Position numbers and translations under genes: made by a program. A stretch of DNA of 63,391 nucleotides, the filler included, from Octopus bimaculoides (Eukaryota), in assembly GCF_001194135.2 (NCBI RefSeq). It is 7 parts of 7 records of this genome, joined end to end, with 100 filler letters (N's around TTAATTAATTAA, not from the genome) between each part and the next. Parts side by side here need not be neighbours in the genome. Positions count along the whole stretch, not along the records: positions 1 to 21,022 come from NC_068995.1; 6 more parts are not named here. One strand, written 5' to 3'. Every line of letters begins with the position of its first letter. Positions within the stretch are counted from its first letter, which is position 1. Shown in pieces: positions 1 through 10,935 of the stretch. The notes under the pieces are model-generated. The model worked only from the letters and a program-made list of their open reading frames with translations. It searched no databases and was not told where the DNA came from.

Positions 1-128
1 TTTTTTTTCATCGTTGTCCCCACTTTTGTTTTTTTTTCTGCTTTGTTTTCGCCCATCTCGAAAAGAAAAACTCTACATTTGTATTTTGTCCCCTCTATGT
101 TGAGCCCTGTGTGGCTAATAAAGAAACA

Positions 129-168
<40 letters not shown>

Positions 169-216
169 AATATGTTTATCTATCTATGCATCAATGTAGG
201 TATTTTATCTATCTAT

Positions 217-385
217 ACGACGGGCTTCTTTCAGTTTCCCACTTTCTGCATGCGAAATCTACTCACAACTCTTTGGTCGGCCCGAGGCTATAGAAGAAGA
301 CACTCGTCCAACGTGCCACACAGTGGGTCTTTTTCCGAAGCCATCTGGTTGAGAAGGAAATTCCTTATTATACACCCACACCAGT
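217..385 (-). mobile_element. SINE family A (tRNA-derived, CORE-like central domain), 5' part
   Basis: Reverse complement matches the full-length copy at 32053-32472 (cttgggcaagtgtcttctactatagcctcgggccgaccaaag...gaaactgaaagaagcccgtcgt). Confidence 0.8.
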
Positions 386-2681
386 ACCCTCACACAACAA
401 CGTCTGAATTACCGCACAGCCACACACACACTCACACACACATACATACATGCATACATACATGACCCTGCCACGCTATTTTCGTCAGACTACTTCATTC
501 AGAAGGCATTAATATATTTGTGTCTTAAGTCGAAGTTGGACAGAACCCTAGACCACGTGGTTTCAAAGCGAACTCAACCATTCATATTCCTGTGCGATAT
601 TTAACTGCTATTTTTATTTGCTGTCTGTTCATTGCGTTTCTAATGGTGTTTGGGTGTCTCAGACTTCATGCCACCCATACTTAATGAGATTGTTGTTAAC
701 CAATCCCATGTTAAAGCTAATTTTTTGTTTTATCGCTAAGAAAAATATAAATGAACGCTTCCAGTGCATAACCTTCACGAATAGTTTAATATGATTTCCG
801 ACTTGAGATTAAAAAAAAACCCAAAACGTATGAAAGGCGCCACTGAAAATGATTTTACATTGTGTAGATGTTTTCAATTCAATCATCTTCCCAATTTCCT
901 TAGAAGTATGAAAATATTCTCTTTTATCATCTTCAGGCTTAATCGTTCAAATAGGTCTTTTGTCTCTGTGTATCTTAACTCATTGTATTATGATTTCATG
1001 TAGTGTTAGAAAAAGAAATTGCTGATTAATAAATCTGAAGTCTAATTGTATAGCTGGTTTTCGCCTATATATTATCAAATTTCCGGGACTCATAATATAA
1101 TAGAGGTAGAGAGGATAGATGACTCAATACTGGAATTTTAAGTTTAAATATTTCATGAAATAAAATTGTATTAAAGTATTTGTTAAATCAAAAGTTTCTG
1201 CATATATTTGTTTCTAAGATGTATTTAACTGCAAATATTGCTTGTAAAAGATCATTTTCATACCTTTTAAAGTATTTTTTTCTATTTCGGTATCATTAAC
1301 GGCTAAAGTATTTCAAATATTTTCGGTTTCTGGTACACATTCAGCCATGAGATATGCGATATACAGCTTTAAGTGTCACGTCTATCATTTAAAACATCCG
1401 TAAAAAGACACTACTCGAAATAGAATTTGATCCAACCATAGCAGCTACAGCATGCACACACTCATTAGCTGACTCACATACACACATACACGTACATACT
1501 CGTGCGCTCATACTTTTTTGCTAATTCAGCACTTATGTCGAAATCGCGTCATGTATTTTGTGACACTATACAAAATCATTATGTATTTTGCTTGGTATTT
1601 CTTTCCCTCTACTTGCATGTGAATCTGTTTCCAACCAAATGTAATATTGACTAATCCTGTACTTCAGATCTGAATTCAATCATATAAAGTTAGTTTATGG
1701 TTTAGTGTTCGAAACGTCATGAAGTAAGAGGATCATTTCAGTGCAATCAAACCATCTGACGATTTTCCTTTCTTGGTCGAAGCCGATGCATTATATTTCA
1801 CTCATACACATAAATCTGTTTTGAAATTATGAATGTGTTCATTTCCAATACTTACTGATATAATGTTTCATCCTTTACAATGACACTATAATTTTACAAT
1901 ATATTCTCGTTGGCGTCCAAAATTTATCAATAGCTTGGAGAAATATGATAGAATATTTTATTGTACTTATATCTTCAATTGTATTTGAACTGGAGCTGCT
2001 GCGAAATCAGTTTTACTTTTCAATTTCTAATTTGATTTATAGTTTATTTCGTCTACAGTTTAAGTTTTACATCTGGGCTACAAATCATTGAAAGACCAAA
2101 CTCATCAATAATTCAAAAGGTGAATTCAATTCCTGATAGTTGTCTATTCATTAGCATTGCTAATGTGTTGAAAATGATTGTATAAATGTCACATGGTGGT
2201 TTTCTAGTCCATGTGGAGGTGAGAAGATTTAGCAAACGTTGAAGTTGACATATACGATATAACAAAGAAATAAAGCAGTATACAAAAAGGATGTTCTGAT
2301 TGAAATTGAATGAGATTTATGAATAAACTATTAAGCCTCATAGAATAGGAAGTTGCTATTTGTATCATGTCTATTTAATTAAATTTCAGTCTCAAAAATC
2401 ATTAAATGAATTTTTATTGTGATGTTTAAATTCCGATATTTCATTAAGTTACCTCTGGGTTTCGCTGCGTTAATCTGTTTGCTTTCATTATTCTGTCAAA
2501 TATTCAAATTTAGAAGGAAAGTGTGAATGCAAAATTCTAATTTGTGTTACTACTAAAGATATTAATAATTCAACTATATTTCCTTCATTCTTAAAAGCGT
2601 TTTTACCTAAAAGATATTATTACTTCAGATAATATATGACACATATTTAACATCTCACCCATATCTCACGTAGGTCTTATT

Positions 2682-2940
2682 TCATGGGTTGTGAGAAGCA
2701 CAAGAAAAGTATAACCTTTGGGAAAGTTTAAAAACAGGAGGCATTAGAACGGTTTCGTTAATTTCTGAATATTTCGTATGAACTAATTTCCTCATTCTAA
2801 TGAACGGATAATATGTAATCGAACTTGGTCTTTTCTGGAGTGTGGACCGATAAAATAACCACGAGTTAAAGTGTGCATGCTTATAGTCGATTGCAGTTCG
2901 GTGTTGAAAATGTGCCCCAATGATTAACATCTGTATTCTA
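2682..2940 (-). pseudogene. Possible iGluR post-S2/pre-M4 exon remnant
   Basis: NRIQMLIIGAHFQH...HFNSWL only weakly resembles [24 protein letters not shown]. The main support is its position just downstream of the S2 exon. Confidence 0.2.
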
Positions 2941-3103
2941 TTAGGATGGTCGTATGTTTTACGTTTCGACAATAAATGTTAAATTACTTTACGTATATAA
3001 AATATATTGCCTTTGGAATTTTAGGAGAGAGAGGGAGGGAGGAGGGAAGATTGAGAAAGCAAATGAGAGAGAGAATGTGAGTGAGAGAGGCGAAGACTTT
3101 AAC

Positions 3104-3480
3104 CTAGAATTGGATTGCAATGTCGACCTCGATGAGTATTGAGATGAGAACATTTGACACCCGATACGAATTCTACAAAGCATTGTATTCCATGTTCTGA
3201 GGACTGGCGATTCGCCACCTTAGAATCAAAGTCTTTCTCCGTTACTCAAAATACAATCTCTCCTTCAACTTAGTAAATTAATATGTTATGAATAGTAGTT
3301 TACTGGCTAAGGAAATCGTTGTGTTTATAGATGTTGCCTTTAATCAAAATATTGTACGCAGTAATAGAAACATACTGTTGTAAGGATAGAACGAAAACTG
3401 TTCCTTTGTGATAATATTCAGTAATAGGCTTTATTCAATGTTTGAGATACACAATTTTCTTTGGAAGTAGTTTACAAAAT
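3104..3480 (-). pseudogene. iGluR-like S2 ligand-binding segment, degenerate exon end
   Basis: Frames give EYYHKGTVF..., NILIY*VEGEIV and GESPVLRTWNTMLCRIRIGCQMFSSQYSSRSTLQSNS(R), versus kainate/AMPA [38 protein letters not shown]. It ends at an AG|GT donor (3104/3103) at the position equivalent to the conserved intron after GSx(R). Multiple stops and frameshifts. Confidence 0.55.
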
Positions 3481-4289
3481 TGAGCTTGTCTACAAAATAG
3501 CATTGGTTTGACTCTGATGGAAAACATGCATAAAAACACATACCTTAACATATGAAATTGCAGCACATGATGGATATTCTCAAAACCCGAACAACAAAGT
3601 ATTGTTAGAATGGAAGAATATGTTTAACCATCTTGCCATTGTTTTGGTGAAAGATTACAAATCAAATGTGAAAAATCAATGCAAAATATTATACAGTGAG
3701 TTATCAAATGTAAATTTACAAATACAGTATCAGGTTTAATTACATCTAACAATAGATGTATGTACTCCTCGAAGACAACAGTCGCATTAAGTATTCTAGA
3801 CTTTCAATAAGATATATCCTTCAAATTACACTAACACCGCATCACTTATTACGAAATAGCGTGTAAATGAAAATACAAAAAAAATTAAAATACACAATAT
3901 TTTAAAAATCGTAATATTTAATCCATCAACGTATTGAAGGACCTCTTTTGATCAACTTAAGCTGCGCCGATTTAATCTAATTATTCCATTCATTGCAGAA
4001 TGTAACTGTCAAGTGTCTTTTTCATTTTATTATCATAACTAAGATATTGAAATTTCTTGTAGATGACAACTTCATTATAATTTATTCTTGCTTTACATAA
4101 CAGCAAGAGTAAATATATATTCCTATACAGATTTCATTAGCTCGTTTAATTATTTCATATACATGGTATATTTAGTGTATACTTATTGTCAAATGAATAC
4201 TGCTTGCTGAATATTTCTGGCTATATACACGTTTCTATAATGTGAATAACATCGGTTAAAAATTGGGTCTAATTTCATGGAAATCCTCA

Positions 4290-5154
4290 ATCGTAATTTT
4301 CAAGGGCTTTTTAGATTCAGTACAAATAGAAATACAGGCACAAATACGAACGTGAGTTGAAACTATTTATCGGTTGAATGCAGTGATCATTTCGTTTACA
4401 ATGATGGTGGGAACAGCCGGGGTGATAGTACGAACATCTTTCGAAATGCAAGTGATGTGAATTGTCATATTGATGTGGCCACTGCCTTTACAAGTAATAA
4501 CTCTAATTTCCTTAAGGACAGATATAGAGACTGTCGTAAGAATCCTAACTACAGTGGGAAAATTTTGCATAATGGAACTATCAGCTGTAATGCTGATTCA
4601 AGTAATATATACCTGTTGAGGTGTCTAGACGAGGGGTTTTCAAACTGTGGTCCGCGGACCACAGGGGATCAGCAAGTACAAGACAGGGGGGGGGGTCCGT
4701 GGACAGTAAATACTTTTTATGGGCAATTTGATTTTATATATGGTTTTTTAATCGAAATCTTTTAATTGACAATAAACCTATTTGTTAAATACTGTTAAAT
4801 AAATAAATGTAAATATATATGTTATTTTAAGCAAATATTTATGTATAAATTTCATAAGCGTTTATAAGGGGGTCCCTAAGGTAAAGCCTGAAATATAAAG
4901 GGGTCCGCAAGTCAAAAGGTTTGAAAAACCCTGGTCTAGACGATAGCCTTGGACGTAGGCACGATGCTCCCCTGGGGAACACACATATGTCTAAATTTCA
5001 GAAGACCGGCTAAGTGTCCCTTGAAAAACAAGTGTTATATCGATAACGTTGTCGACAAGTGTTCAGAGTCCTTACACAGGCGACTGTACATAATTACAAT
5101 GGTGTGAGAGGAAACTACTTCATAGTCCGACTTCGTAATCACGTAACTTTAGAA
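4290..5154 (-). pseudogene. iGluR-like S1-M1 exon, disabled and split by a hAT MITE
   Basis: Strong acceptor ccttattttcag|5154. F*SYVITKSDYE ~ ESPYVMMKKNHE; GSGHINMTIHITCISKDVRTITPAVPTIIVNEMI ~ [53 protein letters not shown] ~ M1 FAYIGVSVVLFLVSRFSP. Stops, frameshifts and an insertion at 4631-4933. Confidence 0.6.
4631..4933. mobile_element. hAT (Charlie-like) MITE, 303 bp
   Basis: TIRs gaggggttttcaaact / ggtttgaaaaaccctg. Perfect 8-bp TSD gtctagac at 4623-4630 and 4934-4941, matching the NTCTAGAN target preference of Charlie-type hATs. Confidence 0.9.
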
Positions 5155-5273
5155 CTGAAAATAAGGTTAATTACACGTCACTGTCAATGTTAATCTAGAC
5201 TCTAAATTTTAGAGTCTTAAACGTTCGCACAAAGATTACTCGATAATTTGGGCTATAGTTAAATGTACAATAC

Positions 5274-5385
5274 CATCTTATGGAGATGGTGGTTATTGCA
5301 CGAAGTAATGAGGCGCCAGTAATTTCAAAATGCTGAGTCAACTTGATAAACAAATTTGCTGAGACTATTATCAGTTACTAACATT
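5274..5385 (-). pseudogene. iGluR-like ATD-S1 linker exon remnant
   Basis: Acceptor gctttatag|5385 and donor 5274|gtattg. It ends with LLRAITTISI ~ TLVVTTIL, where AMPA receptor genes have an intron before ESPY. Confidence 0.4.
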
Positions 5386-6159
5386 CTATAAAGCGAAAAA
5401 TTTTGTATGGTACGTATGGAGTGCTCTTTTCACCAGTGGAGGTGATTTAAGTTTGATTATGTTCTTCCAAATTTTTTTTCATCTCCTACTCTTGTATTTG
5501 CACACATCTACAAAATGACTTTTTGAAATGAACTTCCATTATGCAGCTGAGGAGTACATTTTCATTGCACATCTTATGTGGTGTTCTCACTACATAAATA
5601 AATGAAGTTTGTATGAAACGTACGTACTGCTATAACCTAATGCATTTTTGTTGCTTTTCTTCAAATTATATATATATATATCCATACAGATATACAGAGA
5701 ATTGATGTATAAACATCAAAGAATAAATCTATGGTAATTAAGAGCCCAACAAATAATAAGCCGTTAAACTCCGGTAGGTTATTGCATTGCAGTAAATCCA
5801 AGTGGGACCGACGTGCATGTATATACATAATCAGATAAAACGATTTTTAAGAGCAACATATTTAGCACAAAAACTGAAAAGCATAAATTTCACATATAGT
5901 TCATACTTTAATTGCGTTCAGCAGCTGTTTCATTCAGGTAAACGCTACCAAATGTATTAATTGTTCAGTTGTATTAGATAATTTAAACTAAATTAAATTA
6001 ACTTTTTAAAAACTGTTAAACAAATTATCAGATATGTTGTATCACGTACACACATATACAGACAATAGAGAGTGAAGGAGTGAGAGAGAGAGAGAGGGGG
6101 ATAGGGAGAGAAAGAGTATGATCATGAATACAATCGGCTAAAATAGGGCTCCTCCGCAG

Positions 6160-6445
6160 GATCTCTAACAGTAACGTTACTTGACGGGATGCGCAACTCT
6201 GTAATCAGGGAGTATCTCCAGGCGGAGGCATTATTTCTCTACGTTGAAAAGTCACGGTTCCAACAACACGGACATGTGAATAGAAAGTTGCAAGAAAGGA
6301 GACCCATGTGTAGACCAAAAACGAAATTGTTTGATGATACTAATTGCCTTGGTTTGTCACGCTTGGGAATCCAGCCGGAAGGTCTAATGACGGTTGCTAC
6401 TAATAGGACCCTATGGAAGAGATGCCTGAGAACTCTATCCTATAT
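6160..6445 (+). mobile_element. RTE-clade LINE ORF C-terminal fragment
   Basis: VTLLDGMRNSVIREYLQAEALFLYVEKSRFQQHGHVNR...RPMCRPKTK...LGLSRLGIQPEGLMTVATNRTLWKRCL matches the RTE C-terminal pattern (IR..L...L...E..QLRWFGHV.RM...GRPR...DR..W). Confidence 0.75.
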
Positions 6446-6589
6446 TTTCGAAGTTATTTCGTGTTAAAGTTGTATTTCGGTAATTTCAAAGTTCCAACAT
6501 GGCCGTAGTCTAATGACTGAAACAAGTAAATGATTAAAAAAATGCACACATACACACACACACACACACACATACACACACATACAAAT

Positions 6590-6745
6590 TGGACGTTTTT
6601 TTTAGTTTCTGTCTACGAAATCCTTTCACCAGACCTTGGTCGGCCAGATGCTATATTAGAAGACACATGTCGAAGATGTCACGCAGTGAGACTGAACCTC
6701 AAACCATGTGGTCGGAAAACAAACTGCCTACCACACAGCCACATG
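6590..6745 (-). mobile_element. SINE family A 5' part
   Basis: Reverse complement of the family A head and CORE-like region. Confidence 0.75.
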
Positions 6746-6932
6746 TAGCCAATTTGCCGTGACAGCAGCACTGTGACAGACGCTCAGGGAACAAACGTTG
6801 TTGTGGAATTGTCAACAACCAAACAGTTACAGAACAATTAATTCCAAGAGGAACCGTTTTCCGATCATCGAATAAATGGAACGCTGGTTTGTTGAAGCCG
6901 AACTAAGATCCATTCCTCCTCCATTCATCCAC

Positions 6933-6981
<49 letters not shown>

Positions 6982-7437
6982 GGTGGTGGTGGCGGCGGCG
7001 GTGGTGGTGATGGAGGTTATAGTCGTCATCGTTGTTGTAGTAGAAAAGATAGTAGTTGTCGTTGCTGTCGTACAAGTAATAGTAGTAGTAGTAGGAGGAG
7101 GAGGAGGAGGAGAGGTGATGGTGCTGCTGCTGCTGCTGTTGTTCGTGGAGGTGGTGGTTATTGTTGTAGTCGTCGTTGTAGTAGAGTTGGTAGTGGTGGT
7201 GGTAAAGATGGTGGCTGTCAACGTTGTAGTAGTAGTAGCAGCAGCAGCAATAATAATAATAGTAGTAGTAGTAGTAATAGTAGTAGTAGTAGTCGTAGTA
7301 GTAGTAGTAGTAGTAGTAGTAGCTTTGGTGATGGTGCTATTATTGTTGCTGTTCGTGGTGGTTATTGTGATGGTGATGGTGGTGATGGTTGTCATTGTAA
7401 TCGCCATAGTAGTAGTGGTGTTGTAGTGATTGTCATT

Positions 7438-7469
<32 letters not shown>

Positions 7470-7483
7470 GGTGGTGGTGGTGG
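6933..7483. repeat. Compound trinucleotide microsatellite (gta/gtg/gga/gct/gca/ata blocks), ~550 bp
   Basis: Directly visible. It explains the poly-Thr and poly-Val ORFs. Confidence 0.95.
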
Positions 7484-7742
7484 GAGTAGACCGAACCGCT
7501 CTCGCTTCTCGAGGACGTCACCGTCTTTCTTTGCAGTCAAGTTCGAGACTGCAGCTAGCACGTGCACATGTTATGACGTAATGCATGTCATTAAAAACAA
7601 CTCTCACGTGCCCCCCCCCACCATCTCCATTTCTCATTCTAANNNNNNNNNNNNNNNNNNNNNNNNNNNNNNNNNNNNNNNNNNNNNNNNNNNNNNNNNN
7701 NNNNNNNNNNNNNNNNNNNNNNNNNNNNNNNNNNNNNNNNNN

Positions 7743-7788
<46 letters not shown>

Positions 7789-8099
7789 AACTCAATAGTT
7801 TTAGCTGCCTCAATAGACTTCTAGCAAAATCCATTTTAATATAATACACTATTGTAGTTATTTTGAAACTGGTAGAATTAAGTATTCAATGATTCTGGTT
7901 CTGTCACTGCAATTTTATTTGATTTGCAAAATGAAAATGTGAATCAATACACGGAACTATGGCAAAATTTGAAAAAGTAATTGCGATTTATGTCATAGAC
8001 TTCTAAAACTACTCCGATATTACGAAGATAATTCGAAAGACGTCTCTAGCATTGCTTTTGTTTGCAATATCCACAATGCAGAAATAAATTATATTACAA

Positions 8100-8498
8100 T
8101 TTTATTGCGTCGGACCATATCGACAGATATAAAATACATTCTTTACATTGTAAAACTGCCTTTATTGTCACAATATAACTCTACAGTACTTCTGTTCGCT
8201 TGTCAGCTTGATTTTTGCAAATGTCATCTTAAACCGGAAAAAAAAAAAACGGATATATGCTGCGTTAGTCTTCCAATGTTTTATGCTAGGGTACTTTTAT
8301 TATATCGTTTTGTTGTTGAGTTCTATTCTTTTTGATTACATGTTAAGCCCATGGAAAGAAAATGTGTGTTTTATGCGCAAAATTGTTAGGTAGGAATTAT
8401 AGTTGAAACTCTGTGTCGAAAATCTGCAGTTATCTTAATAAAATTTATGATGGATATGCAGGAATTTCACTAGTGGTTGCTCAGGTTTATCCATATAT
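8100..8498 (-). pseudogene. iGluR-like distal ATD exon remnant
   Basis: Acceptor ttcattctttcag|8498. YNSYLTILRIKHTF ~ YDGVLVMAETF and FYNVKNVFYICRYGPTQ ~ VNYTMDVFELKSTGPRK. Several stops. Confidence 0.5.
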
Positions 8499-8669
8499 CT
8501 GAAAGAATGAAATTATAATTGAATGGCTGAATGTTTTATGGGTGAAAATAATATAATATCACATCAAAACGTCATCCAAATGCTGCGCATTTTTGCATAT
8601 CTGGAATGATACAAATATTCTACGTAAAAATATTGTGGCCTACAAACATAGTAACTTTCTTCGAAGTGT

Positions 8670-8802
<133 letters not shown>

Positions 8803-9148
8803 TAATAAATGAAATCTCTATTACATTGCAATTCCACCAAATTCTGGTAACAAACCTACTCACTTGTAATTGTGAACAGTGTAAATGTTTGCATATTCCT
8901 TAAACATTAGGATTAATTTATACCTTTAATATTTTGTGGGGTGGTATGTATGTAGGTCGCTTTGTGGTGTAGTTAAGAATTGTCTTGTTCAGTCACACCA
9001 CGTGACAGTTTGTAAATATGGTGTCCCCTATTGACTAAAGTCAACACGACTTTTGAGAGTCATTTAAACAGAATTAAAGAGAGTAATTAGGAAACAGTTG
9101 CTAAGAATGGACCATGCCCAACATATCTGGTATCTCTTCCTTTTTCAC

Positions 9149-9444
9149 CTACTGCAAAATTGAATTTCTTTTCGTCACTGTTTCTTATTTGTTTATTTCA
9201 AAATCATTTCCCAGTACTTTCTCCGGAGTTAATGCGAGTATATTAGTGAGCTGCACAAAGTTGCTCTCTTTTGCGTTTTTTTTTTCAGTTTCAAATCACA
9301 GTTTGCCAGGTTTCCGTATGATAAAGCTTCACTTAAGAGGTATCTTCCTGGATTACAAAGAAACACTTTTGAAGTGTACGATCGAAGTGAATAGCTCAGC
9401 GTAGTAGGCAACGAGTTTCGCATCCAGTATATGTATTCTGTGTT
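9149..9444 (-). pseudogene. iGluR-like middle ATD exon remnant
   Basis: Strong acceptor tttctctttcgtctatttgcag|9444. NTEYIYWMRNSLPTTLSYSLRSYTSKVFLCNPGRYLLSEAL ~ [42 protein letters not shown]. After a frameshift in an A-run, EKVLGNDFEINK*ETV ~ EKRYLIDCEVERINTI. Candidate donor at 9149|gtgaaa. Confidence 0.6.
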
Positions 9445-10331
9445 CTGCAAATAGACGAAAGAGAAAGTTTCTTCGAGAAACCATCTATTCGTGAACTGAA
9501 TGACATTTCCCAGAGATATATAAGCATTAGTTTAGAACAAGCACTTCTTCATCGCAAGTTCGTATTGTTTTAGTACGTTTCGTATAAATTATGTTTAAGA
9601 AACAAATGCTTTGAGAAATATATTATTCACGTATGTACTTTGTTTTAACCAGATTGTACGTATAATTGAATGTCCAGCAAGATAAAAAGTGTCCTTGAGC
9701 GTTAACAATCAAATTGGTTGAATAATATCACATTCACATAAACATTTCCTCCTAATCGTAAAATAATCTTGATTTTTCTATCTACACGTATTTACCAACA
9801 GTGTATTTAGCATAGCGATTCAATTATAGGCATTGCATGGAAGGAGTAAACTCACAATGAAATACGAAGAATTAATCACTATGAAAATAGCGGCCATAAA
9901 TTTACATGAGTTAAATGTGTTCATTAAGTGTGGCTTCTTGTCAGCAATATATTTCTTACATACATATAAATAACCCCACACTAACAGGCACATACACACG
10001 CACAGCCATGTGTAAAAATGGGCTTTTATAGATAATTATATATATCTTTAATTTGTTCCTTAATGGGCTACTTATTGTTTTTTATTCATTTGACGCTACT
10101 GAATGGCAGATATGGTAGAAAATCTGATTATTTACTGTAGACTAACTTTACACGGTCTATCTAATTTAAATGTGATATTTCAAATTTGTATCTTTAAATT
10201 TTAAACAAATAAGATTGTAAATAACAGAACGCATATTTACTATTTAGTTTTGTTTACTTAATTCAAATGTCAGTCGATGGATCATATAATATATGTATCA
10301 GGGTTTGATATCCTGTAGCTCCAAGTAAGAC

Positions 10332-10515
10332 CTGATCTTGCAGTCTTCTTTCAAACTGTTAGTTGACTGAACGCCGAGGCCTGGCATATAAATTGGTTTC
10401 CGTAGATATGCACCACTAGGCTGAAGACCATAAAGCAGACTACTACAATCTCAGATAACTTGTATCAATTGCAGCAGCACCATCGTGACACTTTGCAGTC
10501 TCTCTATTGACCAGT
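10332..10515 (-). pseudogene. iGluR-like ATD exon remnant
   Basis: CHDGAAAIDTSY ~ CSQYSRGVFAIFGLY. In another frame AYLRKPIYMPGL ~ SALHISLITPSF. Collinear between the flanking ATD exons. Confidence 0.45.
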
Positions 10516-10648
10516 CTATTAATATAAATTATTTTGGTACCTACACTTAATCATTGCATACATTTGTGCTGAACAACTTAGCAGATTGTTCTAAGACCTT
10601 GAAGTTATAGATGTTGCAGCTATTTCTGATGTCTGTGTTCTTTGTGTT

Positions 10649-10717
<69 letters not shown>

Positions 10718-10737
10718 GTTTATTCAGAGAGAGTACT

Positions 10738-10935
10738 GTTAGCCTGTTATTGCACTTGCGCTCATAATGTTGTATGTGTATCAAACTATTTCGAGATGGT
10801 TTTCCAATGTTGTGTCACTATCTCTGAGTACTAAATTTTGCTGCGGCATCAGTTCGTGTTCGTTGAAAATTCCTCCAATTCTTTGACTTAATTTTGCTTC
10901 GCGGCGCTGATTTGAGAGAGTGGTTTGTATTAAAC
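10738..10935 (-). pseudogene. iGluR-like first ATD exon remnant
   Basis: Acceptor ccttataacag|10935. QRIGGIFNEHE ~ IQIGG(L/I)F at the start of the AMPA/kainate ATD, then TLENHLEIV*YTYNIMSASAI ~ KLNAHVEVIDTSDNFALASAL. Confidence 0.5.

Noticed and set aside
2052-2112. Plus-strand segment with acceptor and donor-like ends (tctacag|...aaaag|gtgaat)
   Set aside because: No recognisable protein similarity and no partner exons.
4380-5000. Plus-strand reading VRILTTVGKFCIMELSAVMLIQ...TIALDVGTM resembling an SLC22 transporter helix, and CPLKNKCYIDNVV resembling a Penelope zinc knuckle
   Set aside because: These are short isolated resemblances with no plus-strand splice sites or further exons. The minus-strand iGluR reading is supported by several collinear exons. 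A database search should still test it.
4980-5150. Extra ~50 codons in S1 suggesting an NMDA-type loop 1
   Set aside because: Too degenerate to place the cysteines, and the ATD matches look AMPA/kainate-like. Subtype left unassigned.
6925-7521. 198-aa Thr-rich mucin-like and 151-aa Val-rich ORFs
   Set aside because: Translations of a compound triplet microsatellite with no non-repetitive coding context.
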